Origin: Pyrinomonadaceae bacterium | GTDB lineage: Bacteria; Acidobacteriota; Blastocatellia; Pyrinomonadales; Pyrinomonadaceae | Reading direction: 5' to 3' | Length of the DNA: 64,000 nucleotides | NCBI GenBank assembly: GCA_046313635.1 | Contig: JBKBYA010000005.1 | Coordinates: 157,483 to 221,482 of the forward strand | In this document: piece by piece, positions 37,080-46,457 of the stretch | Layout of the letters: every line of letters begins with the position of its first letter | Position numbering within the stretch: position 1 is the first letter of the stretch | Notes under the pieces: generated by a model | Databases searched by the model: none | What the model saw: only the letters and a program-made list of their open reading frames with translations | What the model was told of the DNA's origin: nothing | Translations under genes and position numbers: made by a program

Positions 37080-37937
37080 CTAAATGGTTTGGATCTTGAA
37101 CGAGATATCGACCGCCTTTGCCGAGTGCGTGATGCGGCCGACCGAGATGAGATCGACGCCCGCCTCTGCGTACGCGCGGACGCGGTCGAGGTCCATACCG
37201 CCCGATGCTTCGATCAGCACATTTGGATTCATATTGCGGGCCATCTCGACGAGCTTTGCCGTCTCCTCGGGCGTCTGGTTGTCGAGCATGATGATGTCGG
37301 CACCGGCGTGGAGCGCTTCGCGAAGCTGCGCCCAATTGGTCACCTCGACCTCGATCTTGTGCAGGTGACCGGCCGTCTGCTTGGCCATCGTCACCGCCTC
37401 TTTGACGCCGCCCGCAAGCGAGATGTGATTGTCCTTGATGAGTATGCCGTCGTCGAGGCCCATGCGGTGATTGCGCCCCCCACCGACGGTAACGGCGTAC
37501 TTCTCGAGCAGTCTCAGGCCCGGCGTGGTCTTGCGCGTGTCGACGATGACCGCATTTGTACCTTCGACGGCCTTGACGTATGCGCGCGTCAGGGTCGCAA
37601 CGCCGGACATTCGCTGGATGAGATTGAGCGCGACGCGCTCGCCTGTGAGCAGCACGTCGGCAAAGCCCTTGAGCGTCGCAAAGGTCGTCCCCGCCTCGAC
37701 CTCGTCGCCGTCGGCAAAGTTGGTCTCGATCTCCGGAATGTCCGGATCGAGACTCAGGAAGACGCCCTCGGCCACCTCGAGTCCGCAGATGACGAGCCGC
37801 TCCTTTGCCAGAAAGCGTCCCATCCCGCGCGCCTCTCGGCTCACCGTCGCATTCGTCGTGATGTCGCCGCGGCCGATGTCCTCGGCGAGAAAGTCGCCGA
37901 TCGCCGCCATAATTCCGCCGGATTCAAGCCAGTTCAT
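37080..37937 (-). CDS. nadC: Nicotinate-nucleotide pyrophosphorylase (quinolinate phosphoribosyltransferase)
   Basis: EDIGRGDIT, DTRKTTPG, NHRMGL, LIKDNH, IEVEV, MLDN, EASGG. Confidence 0.96.
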   Translation of the reverse strand: MNWLESGGIMAAIGDFLAEDIGRGDITTNATVSREARGMGRFLAKERLVICGLEVAEGVFLSLDPDIPEIETNFADGDEVEAGTTFATLKGFADVLLTGERVALNLIQRMSGVATLTRAYVKAVEGTNAVIVDTRKTTPGLRLLEKYAVTVGGGRNHRMGLDDGILIKDNHISLAGGVKEAVTMAKQTAGHLHKIEVEVTNWAQLREALHAGADIIMLDNQTPEETAKLVEMARNMNPNVLIEASGGMDLDRVRAYAEAGVDLISVGRITHSAKAVDISFKIQTI

Positions 37938-40633
37938 CAGGCAGTCAACGCCTCCAGATTTTGCTTCAACGTCTTTGCCTGCTGCTCGATCTCGGCCTTG
38001 CGGGTGCGGAGCTCTTCGACCTTTTCGGCCGGAGCACGCTCTACGAAGTTCTGATTCGAGAGCTGACCGTTTATCCGCTGAAGCTCGGTATCGAGCTTTG
38101 CGAGCTGGCTGCCGAGCCGCTCGCGCTCCTTGTCAAAATCGATCAGCCCTTCGAGCGGAACGGCGATCTCGGCCCCGCCGGTGACGACCGCGCGGGCCGA
38201 AGCTCGGGGCACGTCGAGCGAGTCGGCCAGTACAAGCTTTTCGAGACGCGCGAGCTTGACGATCTGCGCTTCGTTCTCGGCAAATATCCGCTGCATGTCG
38301 GCGTCGGCCGCGACGTGCGCGGTGACGCGCTCGCTCGGCTTGATGTTCATCTCCTGGCGAATATTGCGAACGCGCGAGATGAGCTCGATCACCGCCGACA
38401 TCTCGCGTTCGGCCTGCTCGTCGATGAGCGACTCGTCGCCCGCCGGAAATTGAGCGAGCATGATCGACGCGCCGGCCGAGGCGTACGCCGGAGCGTTGAG
38501 CTTATTCGAAACGCCCGGCAGCTTTTGCCACAGCTCCTCGGTCAGGTACGGCATAAAAGGATGCAGCATCCGCAGCGACTGCTCGATGATCGTGATGATC
38601 CGCGTTCGCGACGCAGCATCGACCGAGCCGTCGGCCGCCGTGATCGCGTCCTTTGACAGCTCGATGTACCAATCGCAAAAGTCGTCCCAGAAGAAGTGAT
38701 AAATGAGCTGCACCGCCTCGTGAAACTGGTACGTCTCGAGCGCCCGGTTGACCGCGATCTCGGTCTTGCTGAGGCGCGAGATGATCCAGCGGTCGGCGAT
38801 CGACTCGGCTGCTCTCAGCGAGTCGAGATCGACCGTCGCACCTTCTGAATTGAGCAGGCAAAACCTGGTCGCGTTCCAGATCTTGTTCGCAAAGTTTCGG
38901 TACGTCTCGATCAGCAGATCGTTCCACTTGATGTCCGCTCCGGTCGCGATCGAGGCAAGATAAATTCGCGTCGCGTCGACCCCGAACTTGTCAAACATCT
39001 CGAGCGGATCGACGCCGTTGTTGCGCGACTTTGACATCGGCTTGCCGTCCTTGCCGAGTACCGTGCCCGTCACGACGACGTCGCGAAACGGCGCTTTGCC
39101 GACAAACTTTTTCGTCAGCATCACCATCCTCGAGACCCACAGGAAAATGATGTCGCGGCCCGTTACAAGAACGTCGGTCGGAAGAAACGTGTTGAGATCT
39201 TCAGTCTCGGTCACGTCGCCGTTCCAGCCAAAGGTCGAGAACGCCCAAAGTCCCGACGAGAACCACGTGTCGAGCACGTCCTGGTCCTGCGTCAGGTCAC
39301 GCGTTCCCGCCTTTTCGTACGCTTCCTCGGCGTCGCGCGCGACGTAGACGTTGCCTTCGCTGTCGTACCACGCGGGTATCTGATGACCCCACCAGAGCTG
39401 TCGCGAGATCGTCCAGTCCTTGAGGTTCTCGAGCCAGTTGGTGTAGACCTTTGCGTGCGGAACCTCGGGCGAAAAGTGCGGAATTGCGTGCTCGCGCATC
39501 AGCTCGAGCGCGAGGTCGCGCATCTCGTCCATTTTGACGAACCACTGCTCCGACAGTATCGGCTCGACCACGGTCTTGCAGCGCTCGCAGATCGGCAGAG
39601 AGACCTCGTAATCCTCGACCTTTTCAAGAAGACCGAGCTCCTCAAATCGCTCGACGACCTTTTTGCGCGCCTCAAATCTATCGAGGCCTTCAAAGTCGGC
39701 GCCCGCGGCGGCGTTCATCGTCGCGTCGTCGTTCATCACGAGCAGCTGCGGCAGATCGTGACGCAGGCCGATCGCGTAGTCGTTCGGGTCGTGCGCCGGT
39801 GTCACCTTTACGGCTCCGGTGCCGAATTCGGGATCGACATATTCGTCGGCGACGATCGGTATCTCGCGGCCGGTCAGCGGCAGTGCTATCGTCTGGCCGA
39901 CGAGGTCCTTGTACCGCTCGTCGCTCGGATGCACGACGACGGCCGTATCGCCGAGCATCGTCTCGGGCCGCGTCGTCGCTACCGTCACGGTGCGATCGCT
40001 GCCTTTGACGGGATATTTGAGATAGGTGAGCTTGCCGTCCTTTTTGGTCTCTTCTTTTACCTCGAGGTCGGAGAGAACGGTCTTGTCCCGCGGGCACCAG
40101 TTGACGATGCGCAGGCCGCGATAGATCCAGCCTTCGTCGTAGAGCGTGACAAAGACGTTTCGCACCGCACGCGACAGGCTCTCGTCCATCGTAAACCGCT
40201 CGCGCGACCAATCGACCGACGCTCCCTCGCGGCGCATCTGCTCGGTGATCGTGCCGCCGTATTGTTCTTTCCACGCCCAGGCGCGGCGAACGAATTCCTC
40301 ACGTCCGATGTCCAGCGGCGATCTGTTCTCGTCCTTGCGGAGCTGCTCGACGACCTTTCGCTGCACCGAGATGCCTGCGTGGTCAGTGCCCGGCAGCCAC
40401 AGCGTGCGACAGCCCTGCATTCGCTTCCAGCGGGTCAGAACGTCCATCAGCGTATGCTGCAGCGCGTGGCCCATGTGGAGACTGCCGGTCACGTTCGGCG
40501 GCGGAATGACGATCGAGAACGCGCGCGCATTCGGGTCCTCGTTGATCTCGGGGCGGAAGTAACCGTTCTTTTCCCAGATCTGATAGTGAGTGCTCTCGGC
40601 CTCTTTCGGGTCGTAAGCTTTAGCGATTTCCAT
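37937..40633 (-). CDS. valS: Valine--tRNA ligase
   Basis: PPPNVTGSLHMGH, GTDHAGI, ATTRPET, WTISRQLWWGH, DTWFSS, PMSKS, C-terminal coiled coil. Confidence 0.97.
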   Translation of the reverse strand: MEIAKAYDPKEAESTHYQIWEKNGYFRPEINEDPNARAFSIVIPPPNVTGSLHMGHALQHTLMDVLTRWKRMQGCRTLWLPGTDHAGISVQRKVVEQLRKDENRSPLDIGREEFVRRAWAWKEQYGGTITEQMRREGASVDWSRERFTMDESLSRAVRNVFVTLYDEGWIYRGLRIVNWCPRDKTVLSDLEVKEETKKDGKLTYLKYPVKGSDRTVTVATTRPETMLGDTAVVVHPSDERYKDLVGQTIALPLTGREIPIVADEYVDPEFGTGAVKVTPAHDPNDYAIGLRHDLPQLLVMNDDATMNAAAGADFEGLDRFEARKKVVERFEELGLLEKVEDYEVSLPICERCKTVVEPILSEQWFVKMDEMRDLALELMREHAIPHFSPEVPHAKVYTNWLENLKDWTISRQLWWGHQIPAWYDSEGNVYVARDAEEAYEKAGTRDLTQDQDVLDTWFSSGLWAFSTFGWNGDVTETEDLNTFLPTDVLVTGRDIIFLWVSRMVMLTKKFVGKAPFRDVVVTGTVLGKDGKPMSKSRNNGVDPLEMFDKFGVDATRIYLASIATGADIKWNDLLIETYRNFANKIWNATRFCLLNSEGATVDLDSLRAAESIADRWIISRLSKTEIAVNRALETYQFHEAVQLIYHFFWDDFCDWYIELSKDAITAADGSVDAASRTRIITIIEQSLRMLHPFMPYLTEELWQKLPGVSNKLNAPAYASAGASIMLAQFPAGDESLIDEQAEREMSAVIELISRVRNIRQEMNIKPSERVTAHVAADADMQRIFAENEAQIVKLARLEKLVLADSLDVPRASARAVVTGGAEIAVPLEGLIDFDKERERLGSQLAKLDTELQRINGQLSNQNFVERAPAEKVEELRTRKAEIEQQAKTLKQNLEALTA

Positions 40634-40660
40634 AAGAGAGAAGAAAATAAATCTTAAATC

Positions 40661-40702
40661 AAAAGCGGCGGGTTTTCATCCGAATCATCGAAAACCAGCC
40701 GC
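40661..40702 (-). terminator. Intrinsic terminator after the response regulator
   Basis: Minus strand GCGGCTGGTTTTC…GAAAACCCGCCGC-TTTT. Confidence 0.6.
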
Positions 40703-40725
40703 CGAAACCCAGGATCAAATTGCCG

Positions 40726-41871
40726 TCAGTCGCCGCCGCGTCCGCCGCCGCCGAATTTGCGCACGATAAAGGCCTCGACCACCTCGGGCACTACGCGTTC
40801 GACGATCTGCCGGATCTCCGACTCGCTCATTCGCTCCGCAACGCGCCGGGCGATACGCTCGATCGTCTCGTCGGATATTCCGCGGTCGCCGAGCTCGTCG
40901 AGCGGCGCCTCCGAGCGTGCATGAGCGTCAGTAGTCGAGGTGCCGATCTCGAGTATCTCAGGTTCCGAAAAATCGATCACCGGACCGACCGGCTCCGCGA
41001 CCGAGTCCCATGGCGTGGGCGCGTTGAGACGCGTCTCGGTTATCGTCCCGTCGTCCCACGCGTCGTCGTCCGGAAAGGCGGCCGCAGCCTCGCCCGCGGG
41101 CTCGCCGGCCTCGTCGGGAACAGGCTCGTCCTCGCTAAAGGCCATCGCCTCGTCGCCCGCCGACGCGGGGGCCGTCTCGTCCGGCTCGTACAGCGAAGCC
41201 TCGGTCTCGGGCTCGTTAGCGAAATACTCCGCGGGCTCGCGATCGGATATCGTCCGGATAAAGTTCTCGTCGTCGACGCCGCCTGCCGGCGCGGCCTCGG
41301 CCGCGTCCGCGTTTGGCGTCTCGTCGGGCGCGGCGATACCGAGACTCTCGCCGTAAAGCCTGTCGATGTCTGACGTCGAACGGGGCTCGAGCTCGGCACC
41401 GCTCGCCGCGAGCTCGGCCCGCTCGATCTGTATCGTGTCAAGCTGATCAGACGCGGTCTCGGCCTCGGGCTGAGACCGGTCGTCCGCGTCAGAGGCGGTC
41501 TTGTCGATCAGCTCCGTAACGGTCGCCACCAGCTGCCGGATGGACGAGAAGGGTTTGGTCAAAACGTCGTTAGCCCCGGCTCGCATCGCTCGCTCCTCGT
41601 CAAACGGCTCAAACGATCCGACAAGCAGAACGACCGGCAGATCGCGCACCTCCTCGGTCGAACGTATCATCTCGCAGATCTCGTATCCGTTAGGCGCCGG
41701 CAGATTGACGTCGGCCAGCACGACGTCGGGCCGAAACTCGGACACCTGTCTGAGCGCGTCGCCGCCGTCGACGGCCGTAAAGACCTCGAATCCTTCATCC
41801 GCAAAGGTCAGATTCACCACCTTTTGGATCGTCACCGAATCGTCGGCAATAAGCAGTTTGCGTTTTGACAC
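40726..41871 (-). CDS. romR: RomR-like response regulator (receiver, acidic Pro/Ala/Glu linker, C-terminal helical motif)
   Basis: GTG start with GAGGT RBS; LLIADDSVTIQKV, PDVVLADV, VVLLVGSFEPFDE, KPF; C-terminus IRQIVERVVPEVVEAFI. Confidence 0.72.
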   Translation of the reverse strand: MSKRKLLIADDSVTIQKVVNLTFADEGFEVFTAVDGGDALRQVSEFRPDVVLADVNLPAPNGYEICEMIRSTEEVRDLPVVLLVGSFEPFDEERAMRAGANDVLTKPFSSIRQLVATVTELIDKTASDADDRSQPEAETASDQLDTIQIERAELAASGAELEPRSTSDIDRLYGESLGIAAPDETPNADAAEAAPAGGVDDENFIRTISDREPAEYFANEPETEASLYEPDETAPASAGDEAMAFSEDEPVPDEAGEPAGEAAAAFPDDDAWDDGTITETRLNAPTPWDSVAEPVGPVIDFSEPEILEIGTSTTDAHARSEAPLDELGDRGISDETIERIARRVAERMSESEIRQIVERVVPEVVEAFIVRKFGGGGRGGD

Positions 41872-41945
41872 CTGGACCTCTAACTCGTCGGATCTCGGTC
41901 CGCAGGGCCGAGTCCGCAACATTTTAACAGCAACATTCCGAGACT

Positions 41946-42938
41946 TCACATTCGCACGAGTCTCGCCGCGAGCTCGATCGCCGCGACCATGCTCGACTCG
42001 TCGGCGACACCCTTTCCGGCAATGTCGAATGCGGTGCCGTGATCGACCGACGTGCGGACGAGCGGCAATCCGAGCGTCACGTTCACGGCCGAACCGAAGG
42101 CGAGCGACTTGACCGCTATCGTCGCCTGATCGTGATAGCAGGCGATCACAGCGTCAAACTCGCCGCGATGCCCGCGCAAAAAGATCGTGTCCGGCGAGTA
42201 CGGCCCGCTCACGTCGAGGCCGTGTACCGAGCGGCATGCTTCGACCGCTGGGATGATCTCGCGCTCCTCTTCGACGCCGAAGAGCCCGCCCTCGGACGCG
42301 TGCGGGTTGAGCCCGGCCACAGCGATCCGCGGCTGCCTGCCCAGCAGCCCGCAAAGTTCGACGGCGGCAAAGCGGATAAGATCGACGAGATTGTCCCTTG
42401 TGACCAGAGCGATCGCGTCGCGAAGCGATACGTGGGTCGAGAGCAGAACGACCCGCAGGTCGCCGCCGAAAAAGCTCATCGCGACCCGCGGCGTGCCGGT
42501 GAGGCTTGCAAGAAATTCCGTATGACCGGGAAAGTCGAAACCGGCCATCGCGATCGCGGCCTTGCTGATGGGCGCCGTGGCAAGGCCGTCGATCTCTCCG
42601 CTTCGCCACAGCTCGACGGCGGTCTCGATGTACTTGGCAGACGCACGGCCCGTCACCGCCGCGTCGCGGCCGATCTCGAGATCGTCGGGCAGTTCTCCTG
42701 TCTCAAGGACGCAAACCGCTCTGGGCCGCGGCGTTTGACGATCGGTAAGCTCCAACTCGGCCCCGACGCTCGCCGCGACGCGGCGCAGCATTTTTAGGTC
42801 GCCGATCACGAGCGGCGTAAAACTCTCGGTCCCGCGAAGCCGCGCGAGCGCCTTGACGACGATCTCGGGACCAATGCCCGCGGGATCGCCCATCGTGATC
42901 GCGATCGTAGGAACTCGGGGTCTCGCTTCTTCGCCCAT
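41946..42938 (-). CDS. pdxA: 4-hydroxythreonine-4-phosphate dehydrogenase
   Basis: ITMGDPAGIGPE, FPGHTEFL, GLNPHA, YHDQ, VNVTLGLP, RTSVDHGTAFDIAG. Confidence 0.95.
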   Translation of the reverse strand: MGEEARPRVPTIAITMGDPAGIGPEIVVKALARLRGTESFTPLVIGDLKMLRRVAASVGAELELTDRQTPRPRAVCVLETGELPDDLEIGRDAAVTGRASAKYIETAVELWRSGEIDGLATAPISKAAIAMAGFDFPGHTEFLASLTGTPRVAMSFFGGDLRVVLLSTHVSLRDAIALVTRDNLVDLIRFAAVELCGLLGRQPRIAVAGLNPHASEGGLFGVEEEREIIPAVEACRSVHGLDVSGPYSPDTIFLRGHRGEFDAVIACYHDQATIAVKSLAFGSAVNVTLGLPLVRTSVDHGTAFDIAGKGVADESSMVAAIELAARLVRM

Positions 42939-42987
42939 CGATTCGAATCTAACCGCTCGACGATCGAATTTACAATCCGCCGCGGCG

Positions 42988-43017
42988 AAATAAAATAGGG
43001 AGCCGCGGGCTCCCTAT
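42988..43017 (-). terminator. Intrinsic terminator of the dcw cluster
   Basis: ATAGGGAGCC-N3-GGCTCCCTAT with a U-rich tail on the minus strand. Confidence 0.8.
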
Positions 43018-43044
43018 CTTAAGATCCAGCCTGCGGGCGCGAGG

Positions 43045-44157
43045 CTAGTCGGCCTGGCGGCGGATGAAGGTCGGGACGTCGATATTCTCGTGTGCCGACG
43101 GCTCGTTGGCCGGATAGCCGCCGGGCGCTCCGCCGACCGCCATCACGGGCTCGCCAAACCGCGGCTGCGGCACGGCGTTCTGAACGTGGCTGTCAAAGCC
43201 CGTCGCGATCACCGTGACACGGATCTCGTCGCGCATCTCGGGCTTGATGACGTTGCCCCAGATGATGTCGGCATTCTCGTCGGCCTGCTCCTCGATCATT
43301 CGTATCGCATCCTCGATCTGGCCGAGCGGCATATTCTCGCCGCCGGTCACGTTGATGAGCGCCGCCTTTGCGCCTTTGATCGAGTTCTCCTCGAGCAGCT
43401 TGTAGTCGAGCGCCGCTCCCATCGCATCGACCGCCGCGGTGCTGCCGGTGCTCGCTCCGATGCCCATCAGAGCGACCCCTCGGCCGCGCATCACGGTCGT
43501 GACGTCGGCAAAGTCGAGATTGATAACGCCGGGCGTGGTGATCAGGTCGGTGATGCCCTGCACGGCCTGGAGGAGGATCTCGTCGGCGCGGCGAAAGGCG
43601 TCCATCAGAGTGATGTTCTCCTCTACCTCGCGCAGCTTTGAGTTCGGGATGGTGATGATCGTGTCGACGCAGCCGCGCAGCTCGGCAAGCCCGCGCTCGG
43701 CCTGCGCCATACGCTTGCGTCCCTCTACCGCGAAGGGCTTTGTAACAACGGCGACCGTCAACGCGCCGAGCTCGATCGCGAGCGACGCGACGACCGGCGC
43801 CGCGCCGGTCCCCGTGCCGCCGCCGAGACCGGTCGTGACAAAGACCATGTCAGATCCCTCGAGCACGTCGAGCAGCTTCTCGTGGTCCTCGAGCGCGGCT
43901 TCGCGGCCGACGTCCGGATTGGCCCCGGCACCGAGCCCGCGGGTCGACTTGCCGCCGAGCTGTATCTTGATCGGAGCCTTCGACGCGTTGAGCGCCTGCA
44001 GGTCGGTATTGGCGACTATGAATTCGACGCCCTTCACGCCTGCGTCGATCATCCGGTTGACCGCATTGCCGCCGCCGCCGCCGACGCCGATCACCTTGAT
44101 GCGCGCGCCCGTGATCGGTGGCTCGTCGATGAACATTTTTATGCCGCTAGTATTCAT
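43045..44157 (-). CDS. ftsZ: Cell division protein FtsZ
   Basis: [24 protein letters not shown]-terminal [10 protein letters not shown]. Confidence 0.98.
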   Translation of the reverse strand: MNTSGIKMFIDEPPITGARIKVIGVGGGGGNAVNRMIDAGVKGVEFIVANTDLQALNASKAPIKIQLGGKSTRGLGAGANPDVGREAALEDHEKLLDVLEGSDMVFVTTGLGGGTGTGAAPVVASLAIELGALTVAVVTKPFAVEGRKRMAQAERGLAELRGCVDTIITIPNSKLREVEENITLMDAFRRADEILLQAVQGITDLITTPGVINLDFADVTTVMRGRGVALMGIGASTGSTAAVDAMGAALDYKLLEENSIKGAKAALINVTGGENMPLGQIEDAIRMIEEQADENADIIWGNVIKPEMRDEIRVTVIATGFDSHVQNAVPQPRFGEPVMAVGGAPGGYPANEPSAHENIDVPTFIRRQAD

Positions 44158-44263
44158 TGGTAGAAGCTCTCGTTCGTTACAGATCCAATTGCACCCGGGT
44201 CGAGGCCCGCGATAAGGCCAGCCGAATTGTCCAAACTAAGTGAGATTATTGGTGACGCGAAAC

Positions 44264-44310
44264 TAACTATATGTTGTGCTGTCGGGAAAAAAGGATACAA
44301 CTATTTGAAA
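44264..44310. promoter_or_regulatory. Tandem NrdR-box-like sites upstream of ftsZ
   Basis: TAACTATATGTTGTGC (44264-44279) and a weaker ATACAACTATTTGAAA (44295-44310), offset by 31 bp. Confidence 0.5.
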
Positions 44311-44336
44311 TCAAAATCCAGCGTTAGCGCGACGCC

Positions 44337-45578
44337 CTAGCGAAATTTCTCTCTAATGCTCTCAAACCACTCCGCGACCTTTGCGGTGGCCGACCTGCCG
44401 CCCGAATGAGCTCCGCCGCGAAGCTGCGACCGCATCGACGACAGCGCGAGTCCCGCGGCGACCGACCACTGCGGCGATTGAATGCGCTCGACGAGCCCGC
44501 CAAAGTATTCCGGCTCGAGAAAGCCGAGCCTCGTCGGCGCGTCAAAGACCTGTTCGGCGATCTCGACCATTCCCTTGGCCAGCGAACCGCCGCCCGTGAG
44601 CACGACGCCGCTCGGCATCTGCGCTCCGGCGGTGAGAGCCTCGTGCGCGACGTGCTGCAGCAGCTCCACCGCGCGCGGCTGCATTATGTCGCAAAGGATC
44701 TCTTTTGAGAGCCCTCGCGTCTCGCTGCGCCCGACCGGCACGATCTCGATCACCTCGCTGCGCTCCTGCTGGTCCATGAGAAACGATGCGACGCAGCCGT
44801 GGTTGTGCTTGATCTTGTTTGCCTCGGGAATCGAGACGCGCAATCCGACGGCGATGTCCTTGGTAAAGTGCATGCTGCCGAATGGAAAGACCGCGGTGTG
44901 CTGGACGGCGCCGCGTCCAAAGATCATGAGGCTCGTGAGTTCGGCGCCGATATTGACTATCGCACACCCATACTCGCGGTCTTCGTCTGACAGCGTACTT
45001 TCTGCGGCGGCGAGCGGTTCGAGCATCATCCTGTCGACCTCGAGTCCGGCACGCATCACGGCCTTGATCAGATTCTGACTGCCGGCGCTCGGGCTCGTGA
45101 CGATGTGAACGAGCGCTTCGAGCCGTGCTCCATTCATTCCGACCGGCTCGGTGATGCCGTCCTGACCGTCGATGATGAACTCCTTAGGCAGACGGTCGAC
45201 GATCTCCCAGCCCGGCGGCAGAGGCATCGCGCTCGCCGACTCGATCGCGCGCTGAACGTCGTCCTCCGAGATCTCGCGGCCCGGCCCGGCGACGGCGACT
45301 ACGCCGTTCTTGTTCTCGCCGCGGAAGTGCTCGCCCGAGAGATTGACGACCGCCGACAGCGCGTCGCGGCCGCTCACGCGCTCGGCCTCGCCGACCGCCC
45401 GGCGGATCGACTCGGAGACCGATTCGGCCCCGGTCACGATGCCGCGCCGCAGACCTTTGGAATCGGCCTCGCCGATGCCGACGATGTCCATTCGACCGTT
45501 CTCCGACGGCTCGCCGATCACGCATCGGACCTTGCTCGTCCCGACGTCGATCCCGACCGCTAAGATTTCGCCTTTCAT
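44337..45578 (-). CDS. ftsA: Cell division protein FtsA
   Basis: GIDVGTSKV, GLRRG, LTGGG, C-terminal amphipathic helix VAEWFESIREKF. Confidence 0.95.
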   Translation of the reverse strand: MKGEILAVGIDVGTSKVRCVIGEPSENGRMDIVGIGEADSKGLRRGIVTGAESVSESIRRAVGEAERVSGRDALSAVVNLSGEHFRGENKNGVVAVAGPGREISEDDVQRAIESASAMPLPPGWEIVDRLPKEFIIDGQDGITEPVGMNGARLEALVHIVTSPSAGSQNLIKAVMRAGLEVDRMMLEPLAAAESTLSDEDREYGCAIVNIGAELTSLMIFGRGAVQHTAVFPFGSMHFTKDIAVGLRVSIPEANKIKHNHGCVASFLMDQQERSEVIEIVPVGRSETRGLSKEILCDIMQPRAVELLQHVAHEALTAGAQMPSGVVLTGGGSLAKGMVEIAEQVFDAPTRLGFLEPEYFGGLVERIQSPQWSVAAGLALSSMRSQLRGGAHSGGRSATAKVAEWFESIREKFR

Positions 45579-45599
45579 ATAAGCTGACTCCCGAACAAA

Positions 45600-46454
45600 C
45601 TAGTTGCTGCCGATGAATTCAATGACCGGATACACGCCGCTCGAATTTACAGATCTTACGCGGTCGCCCTTGCCGGCGACGGCCTCGATCGCCGACTTGA
45701 GGCTCTTTGCAAACTCATCGCGTGAGAGCGTCACGCTGATCGCACGGCCTGAATCTTCGATCACCGCCCTCGGCTCGAGCAAATCGCTGAGATCGACCTC
45801 TCGGACGCGCTTTGCCAGCCCGAACTCGCCCCAGTCGGCCGCCATCTTTTGAAACATCTTGATGCGGGCCGCATTGTCCTTTGCCGCTTTTTCGCTCTTG
45901 CTCTCGTCCCAGCCGCGGATGAGCAGCAGCTCGTGCTGCTCGCTCTTATCGACCGGCGCGAGTATCTGAGCCTCGTTGTCGATCAGGTAATCGCCCGCCG
46001 AGAGGCGAACGAGAGCGATCGGCACGCGCTCGGTCACGACGACCCTCAGACCGTTAGGGAGAGAGCGTGACACCGACGCGGTCTTGACGAAGGGGAGCTT
46101 CTCAACCTTTTGTCGAATGTCGGCAAGGTCGGCGTTCCATACGCCGCTCCGCTCGGCCTCGCCGCGGGCGATCCGCTCGATGTCCTGTCGTGACGAGCGA
46201 TCGGTGCCGGCGACCTGCACCTCGCGAAGTTCAAAAAAATTGGATGCCGTCACCGTGCGATATCCGAAAAAGACGAGAACGCCGAGGCAGATCAGAATGC
46301 ACGCGCTGATCGCACCGGGGAGAAAGTACTGCCCGAAGGCGCTCGCGGCGACCGCTCCGCCGCGCGATGCTCGCGATGCCGCCGCGCGGCGCTTCGGCTT
46401 GCGCTTGGCCGGAGCGGTTCGTTTGACCGTCTTCTTTTTTACGCTGGAAGCCAT
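45600..46454 (-). CDS. ftsQ: Cell division protein FtsQ/DivIB
   Basis: Basic N-terminus, TM helix, POTRA domain (LPFVKTASVSRSLPNGLRVVVTERVP); lies before ftsA. Confidence 0.88.
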   Translation of the reverse strand: MASSVKKKTVKRTAPAKRKPKRRAAASRASRGGAVAASAFGQYFLPGAISACILICLGVLVFFGYRTVTASNFFELREVQVAGTDRSSRQDIERIARGEAERSGVWNADLADIRQKVEKLPFVKTASVSRSLPNGLRVVVTERVPIALVRLSAGDYLIDNEAQILAPVDKSEQHELLLIRGWDESKSEKAAKDNAARIKMFQKMAADWGEFGLAKRVREVDLSDLLEPRAVIEDSGRAISVTLSRDEFAKSLKSAIEAVAGKGDRVRSVNSSGVYPVIEFIGSN

Positions 46455-46457
46455 CGG

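Noticed and set aside
40634..40725. T-box or attenuator upstream of valS
   Set aside because: The spacer is only 92 nt with no T-box sequence. The hairpin is explained as the upstream gene's terminator.
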